From positions 480,001 through 544,000 of the forward strand of contig CAXXMB010000002.1 of the NCBI GenBank assembly GCA_963668675.2: a stretch of 64,000 nt of DNA. Direction: 5' to 3'. Positions 59,351 to 64,000 of this stretch are shown here, piece by piece; position 1 is the stretch's first letter; each line of letters opens with the position of its first letter. The DNA is from an uncultured Desulfatitalea sp. Its GTDB lineage: Bacteria; Desulfobacterota; Desulfobacteria; Desulfobacterales; Desulfosarcinaceae. The notes beneath the pieces were generated by a model. The model was not told where the DNA came from, ran no database searches, and was given only the letters and a program-made list of their open reading frames with translations. The position numbers and the translations under genes are program-made.

Positions 59351-60343
59351 ATGACGGATTCACAAAAAGCAACGCCTGCCATCAACCTTGAACAGGTCAC
59401 ACGCGTCTACCATACCGGTGGGCACTGGTTCGCCCCGGCCGGCACCACTGTGACCGCACTGAACCAGGTCGACCTGAGCATCAACACAGGTGAAATCTTC
59501 GGCCTGGTGGGCGAGAGCGGCAGTGGAAAAACTACGGTGGCCCGCCTGATGGAGCGCCTGGAGCGCCCGGATGAAGGCAGCATTCTATATGAGGGGGAGA
59601 ACATCTTCAAGCTGCGCGGTGAGCGGTTGAGGCGATTTCGGCGGCGGGTTCAGATGATTTTCCAGGATCCCTACCAATCTCTCAACCCCTATCAGTCTGT
59701 GCAACGCATAGTGGGAGAGCCGCTTGCCATCCACAAAGTCAAGAGCGGCGCTGAACGCAAAGAGCAGGTAATCCGCACGCTTGCCCAAGTGGGTCTGACA
59801 CCGGCCGAGACCTACCTGCGTCGATATCCCCACCAGCTTAGCGGCGGGCAGCGCCAGCGTGTGGCCATCGCCCGAGCCCTGGTCCTGGAGCCCGCCCTTT
59901 TGATTGCCGATGAACCCACCTCGATGCTGGATGCTTCCATCGCCATTCAAATCTACGATATTCTCTCCGAGGTGCAGCGACGACACCGGGTCACCATGCT
60001 CTTCATTACCCACAGCCTGGCGGCAGCCCATTTTCTATGCGACCGCTTGGCCGTTATCTACCGGGGCCACATCGTCGAGACCGGACCGGCCAAATCGGTC
60101 ATTGCCAACCCGCGACATCCCTATACCCAGGCGCTCCTGGATGCGCTGCCCAAATACGGGCACCTGTGGGGCGGACGACGATTCGACACGCTGCTCAGTG
60201 AGCCGCGCAGCACTTCATCCACACGAGGCTGCCCCTTCTTCTCCCGGTGTGCCCCGGCAGATCCAAGCCTGTGCGACAACCAAAGGCCACCCTTGAAAAA
60301 AGGAGATGACCAGCACGGGGTTGCCTGCTTCTTCGCCGAATAG
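59351..60343 (+). CDS. Peptide ABC transporter ATPase (OppF-like)
   Basis: GESGSGKT, LSGGQRQR, ADEPTSMLD and a C-terminal Cys cluster. Confidence 0.94.
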   Translation: MTDSQKATPAINLEQVTRVYHTGGHWFAPAGTTVTALNQVDLSINTGEIFGLVGESGSGKTTVARLMERLERPDEGSILYEGENIFKLRGERLRRFRRRVQMIFQDPYQSLNPYQSVQRIVGEPLAIHKVKSGAERKEQVIRTLAQVGLTPAETYLRRYPHQLSGGQRQRVAIARALVLEPALLIADEPTSMLDASIAIQIYDILSEVQRRHRVTMLFITHSLAAAHFLCDRLAVIYRGHIVETGPAKSVIANPRHPYTQALLDALPKYGHLWGGRRFDTLLSEPRSTSSTRGCPFFSRCAPADPSLCDNQRPPLKKGDDQHGVACFFAE

Positions 60344-60359
60344 GCGCAAGGGTATCGAA

Positions 60360-61142
60360 ATGCAACTGCCATTGGTCCTCTCCATTCCCCACTGCAGCGC
60401 AGCGCTACCGGAAGAGTTGCGGTCCGACATGGCATTGAGCGATCGTGAAATTGCCGAATCGGTTGATTTCGGTAGCCGCGAAATCTTCACGAATGTCGCA
60501 GCACACCACGTCATAGTGGCGCAGTGGAGCAGACTGGTGGTCGATCTCAACCGCAGCCCGACCAACCAAAGCGCCAAGGGCATTGTGGCGCTGAGGGATT
60601 ACCATGGCAGAAGCGTTTTCAAACCGGGCAAAGCACCCTCGGAAAGACAGATTGAGGAGAGGATAAGGCACTATGCCGAGCCCTACCATCAGGCCATTGC
60701 CGCTGCCTTGCAAGATGCGAGGGTGATCGGCCTGATCGACTGCCACTCTTTGAACGGTGTCGGCCCGGCCGATGCACCGGACCGCGGGAGCCTACGCAGG
60801 GATATCACCCTGAGCAACAATGGCGATGGCCAGGGCTGCCTTCAAACCGATGGAAAGCCGCTCACCTGCCCCGCCCGGACGCTGCAAATGGCCTCGGCAG
60901 CCTTCGAGGCCCAGGGATTTTCAGTCTCCCTCAACCACCCCTACCGGGGCGGCCATATCACTCACCATTACGGCGGGTTCCTCCAGTCTCAAAATCGGTT
61001 TGCATTGCAGATTGAGATAAACCAGGATCTTTATATGGAGCGGGATGCAATTATTCCAGATGCCGAACGACTAAGGATCATCACGTTACGGGTAGAGCAG
61101 GCCCTTGTTCAATGGGCCATAGAATTAACAACCCACGATTGA
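60360..61142 (+). CDS. N-formylglutamate amidohydrolase family protein
   Basis: SIPH, SRLVVDLNR, PYH, DCHS, N.PYRGG.IT and LQIEIN; start at MQLPLV. Confidence 0.9.
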   Translation: MQLPLVLSIPHCSAALPEELRSDMALSDREIAESVDFGSREIFTNVAAHHVIVAQWSRLVVDLNRSPTNQSAKGIVALRDYHGRSVFKPGKAPSERQIEERIRHYAEPYHQAIAAALQDARVIGLIDCHSLNGVGPADAPDRGSLRRDITLSNNGDGQGCLQTDGKPLTCPARTLQMASAAFEAQGFSVSLNHPYRGGHITHHYGGFLQSQNRFALQIEINQDLYMERDAIIPDAERLRIITLRVEQALVQWAIELTTHD

Positions 61143-61233
61143 CCATTCGGAGCTCTCTCGAACGCCGGCAAAAGCGGAACACCCTCTGACTCAAAAGCAA
61201 GGCCGTCTGAAAACGGCATCGAACCGGAGAGCG

Positions 61234-62664
61234 ATGGCGAACAACAACAGGCAAAAAGAGGGACGGCGCAGTGTCCGCAGGATCCTGATCAGTGGTGTCT
61301 TCTGGCGCATTCTGATTATCGAGATGATATTGCTGGTCTACTCCCTTGCGTACCGGGCGTTTACCCAGGATGCTCATGCCGCGGACCTCTTTTGGTATGC
61401 GGTCCGGATTCTCATCCTGGTGACCATTATCATTGCGTTTGTGACCCTCTCCCTGCGCCGCTTTCTCAACCGCCAGATCATCATCCCCCTGGAGGAGATC
61501 TCCAGGGCCAACCGGCATCTCGATACGGACGCCCCCCAGGTCAATCCGGTACCCCTGTCGGAAAACACGCCGGATGAGATCGTGGAGATCGTCGACACAC
61601 GCCAACGCATGCTCGAGTCGATCCTAAAAGTTTCAGCGGATCGGTTGCGGCTGGTGAATTTCATTCGGGACACCTTCGGCCGCTATCTCTCCAAAAAAGT
61701 GGTGGACGAAATCCTGGCCTCACCGGACGGTCACAAGATCGGCGGACGTCGTGAGACTGTCACCGTCCTGATGGCCGATCTGCGCGGGTTCACCCGCATC
61801 GCCGACACCTACGATGCCGAGCAGACCATGGCGCTGCTCAACCGATTCTTCGGGGACATGGCCCGCATCATCCTCTCCTACGACGGCATGATCGACGAGT
61901 TTCTCGGCGACGGCATCCTCACCATTTTCGGCGTGCCCGAGCGTCACGCCGACGACCCTGCCCGGGCCGTGGCATGCGCCCTTGAGATGCAAAACCGCTT
62001 GGTCCGCCTTAACGCTGAAATCGCACAAGAGGGCTATCCTCCCCTCTCCATGGGGATCGGCATCAACACCGGACAGGTCATCGTCGGCAACATCGGCTCC
62101 GAGATTCGAGCCAAGTACGGCATCGTGGGCAATGCGGTCAACATCGCCGCCCGTATCGAATCGATCACCACCGGAGGACAGATCTATATCAGCGATAAAA
62201 CCTTCAGCCGGATTGAAAACACCATCCATGTTGAAGGCCCCGAGACCAATATGATGAAGGGGCTCACCCAACCCCTGGTCTGCTATTCGGTCATGGGGAT
62301 CGGCGCGCCTTTCGATATCGAACTCCATCAACAGAAGAGGCAGGAAGCGCCCGTGGAGATCAATCTGGCGCTGACCTGCTGGCTGGTTTCAGGCAAAAAA
62401 ATCGTGGAGCCGGGCATGGATGGCCAAACCAGTTGTGTAACGGAAGAGGGTCTGGCCATCACCCTCCAACACCCCCTGCCCGCCCAAAGCGATGTCAAGC
62501 TGCAGCTCAACTTCTGCACCGAAGCCCACTGCTTCGATGCGGTATATGCCAAGGTCGTATCGATCGAAACCCAGGGGCGTTTCACCGTCCATCATCTGCG
62601 AATCACCTCCATCGACCCCAAGGACCGCGAACTTCTGATGCAGTGGCACAACGCCGCCGCATAG
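61234..62664 (+). CDS. Membrane class III nucleotide cyclase (2 TM - HAMP - cyclase - PilZ-like tail)
   Basis: ADLRGFT, IDEFLGDG, GIGINTG, VGNIGS and VNIAARIE. Confidence 0.9.
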   Translation: MANNNRQKEGRRSVRRILISGVFWRILIIEMILLVYSLAYRAFTQDAHAADLFWYAVRILILVTIIIAFVTLSLRRFLNRQIIIPLEEISRANRHLDTDAPQVNPVPLSENTPDEIVEIVDTRQRMLESILKVSADRLRLVNFIRDTFGRYLSKKVVDEILASPDGHKIGGRRETVTVLMADLRGFTRIADTYDAEQTMALLNRFFGDMARIILSYDGMIDEFLGDGILTIFGVPERHADDPARAVACALEMQNRLVRLNAEIAQEGYPPLSMGIGINTGQVIVGNIGSEIRAKYGIVGNAVNIAARIESITTGGQIYISDKTFSRIENTIHVEGPETNMMKGLTQPLVCYSVMGIGAPFDIELHQQKRQEAPVEINLALTCWLVSGKKIVEPGMDGQTSCVTEEGLAITLQHPLPAQSDVKLQLNFCTEAHCFDAVYAKVVSIETQGRFTVHHLRITSIDPKDRELLMQWHNAAA

Positions 62665-62872
62665 GCAACCGATCAAACGTTGACAACCCAGGCAGGCTGT
62701 GGTCTTTTGAAATATCCCTGCACTGCGACGGGATGTACTTTTTTCGGATGCGACACCGTACGCTCAGCCCCACTGCTCTTCAGCTCCACCGTTCCATGGA
62801 AGTGATGCCCGCAACGGCATTGAACATAGATGCTCAGTTCTCAACCATCAACCCGATAAGGAGGATTGAACC

Positions 62873-63301
62873 ATGGTGCGATTCATCAAAGCGACAACCT
62901 GCCTGGCGTTTGTTGTGCTCATTGCGTGCCTCGGCTTCACGGGCTGCGCCGGTAAAAAGATCAAGCCAGGCGAAATCGTCCCTTGCGTGCCCGAAGCAAA
63001 GTTGGAGAAGAAGTCCTCTCCTGAGGCGGCCATCGAGGATCTCTCGTGCACCTTAAAGAAGTGGGAAGGCAGTGACACCCTGCATTTCAACATCACGATA
63101 AAAAATATCAGCAGTCAACCCCAGCGCTACCGTGTCCATATCTTCCTCGACAACGGTAAAGCCGTGGGAGGGCTCATTCCAAGGAAAACCAAGAAAGGTC
63201 TGGTCGAACCGGGGGCTTCGGCCTCGTTCGAGTATCCGGTCAAGGGGATGACCTGTTTGCCAAAATCATTGACCGTAGTGGTCAAGACCATGCAGCCATA
63301 A
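62873..63301 (+). CDS. Hypothetical lipoprotein
   Basis: FTGC lipobox, AGGAGG RBS, beta-rich mature region. Confidence 0.75.
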   Translation: MVRFIKATTCLAFVVLIACLGFTGCAGKKIKPGEIVPCVPEAKLEKKSSPEAAIEDLSCTLKKWEGSDTLHFNITIKNISSQPQRYRVHIFLDNGKAVGGLIPRKTKKGLVEPGASASFEYPVKGMTCLPKSLTVVVKTMQP

Positions 63302-63331
63302 CAGATGAAAAGAGAAAGGGAGGTTCCTGAT

Positions 63332-64000
63332 ATGAAATGCGTCAAATACATCATCCTGCTCCTCTTATGGATCGCTCTGATCGCTTCTCCGGTCATGGCC
63401 AAGACAACCTTCATTAGCATCGGCACCGGCGGCACCGGGGGAATCTACTACCCCTATGGCGGCGGGGTGGCCGAGATCTGGTCCAAATATGTGAAAGACG
63501 TCAAAGCGGTTGCCGAGGTGACCGGCGCCAGCGTCGAGAACGTCAAACTGGCCCACAAAGGCGAAACGGTGATCGGTGAAGTGATGGGGGATGTGGCCGT
63601 AGCCGGTTTCAAGGGCCAAAGCAAATTCAAGGGGAAAAAGCATGACATTTTCTCCATGGCGATCATGTATCCCAATCTGCTGCAGATCGTCAGCTTGAAG
63701 AAGAGTGGCATCACCGATATCATGCAGCTCAAAGGGCGCAGCATCAGCACCGGAAGCCCGGGCAGCGGAACCAACTTCATGGCCGAGGCGGTCCTCAGCG
63801 CACTCGATATCAACAAGGGCGACTATAAAGACAGCCGCCTCTCCTTCACCGAGAGCGCCAACGCCCTGCGCGACGGCACCATCGATGTCGGCATCTGGTC
63901 CGTTGGACCCGGCACCAGCTCGATCCTCGACTTGGCCACGACCCACGAAATCCACGTGATTGGTTTCACCCCCGAGCAGGCCGAAAAGATTCTGGCGGCC
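63332..64000 (+). CDS. TAXI-family TRAP transporter solute-binding protein (runs off the window edge)
   Basis: Translated by hand: signal peptide, IGTGGTGGIYYPYGG, TGASVEN, GSPGSGT and ALRDGTID. Confidence 0.92.
   Translation, partial: MKCVKYIILLLLWIALIASPVMAKTTFISIGTGGTGGIYYPYGGGVAEIWSKYVKDVKAVAEVTGASVENVKLAHKGETVIGEVMGDVAVAGFKGQSKFKGKKHDIFSMAIMYPNLLQIVSLKKSGITDIMQLKGRSISTGSPGSGTNFMAEAVLSALDINKGDYKDSRLSFTESANALRDGTIDVGIWSVGPGTSSILDLATTHEIHVIGFTPEQAEKILAA

Noticed and set aside
62833..62859. Possible sigma-28 promoter (CTCA-N15-CCCGATAA) before the lipoprotein gene
   Set aside because: Weak -35 element, and the -10 element abuts the RBS.

Overview
GC-rich bacterial chromosomal window. Gene content (LptD, KdnAB, RNase J, RicT/PSP1, a CysM-CysRS fusion, sigma-54 and sigma-28 promoters) suggests a Gram-negative deltaproteobacterium of Desulfobacterales type; this assignment is inference. 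About 50 CDS were supported by eye. They cover housekeeping (ftsK, rnj, plsC, tmk, surE, lptD, holB, metG, HU/IHF), envelope genes (two PBPs, kdnAB, a giant GlmS-like protein), signalling (REC-GAF-HD-GYP, a histidine kinase, REC-HisKA, a class III cyclase) and several accessory operons. No rRNA, tRNA, CRISPR array or transposase was found. Highlights: (1) a cysteine synthase fused to a CysRS-like domain that has lost two Zn ligands and KMSKS but keeps its anticodon-binding tail; (2) a GshB-like ATP-grasp ligase + Opp ABC transporter + N-formylglutamate amidohydrolase + cyclase cluster, where the cyclase carries guanylate-type specificity residues; (3) a sigma-54-driven Acs-Pat-ACP operon; (4) a 1261-aa GlmS-like protein whose Ntn cysteine is internal; (5) an active/pseudo Deg protease pair; (6) a 158-bp MITE with IS4-like ends carrying a REP doublet. 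All functional calls rest on motif recognition without database searches.
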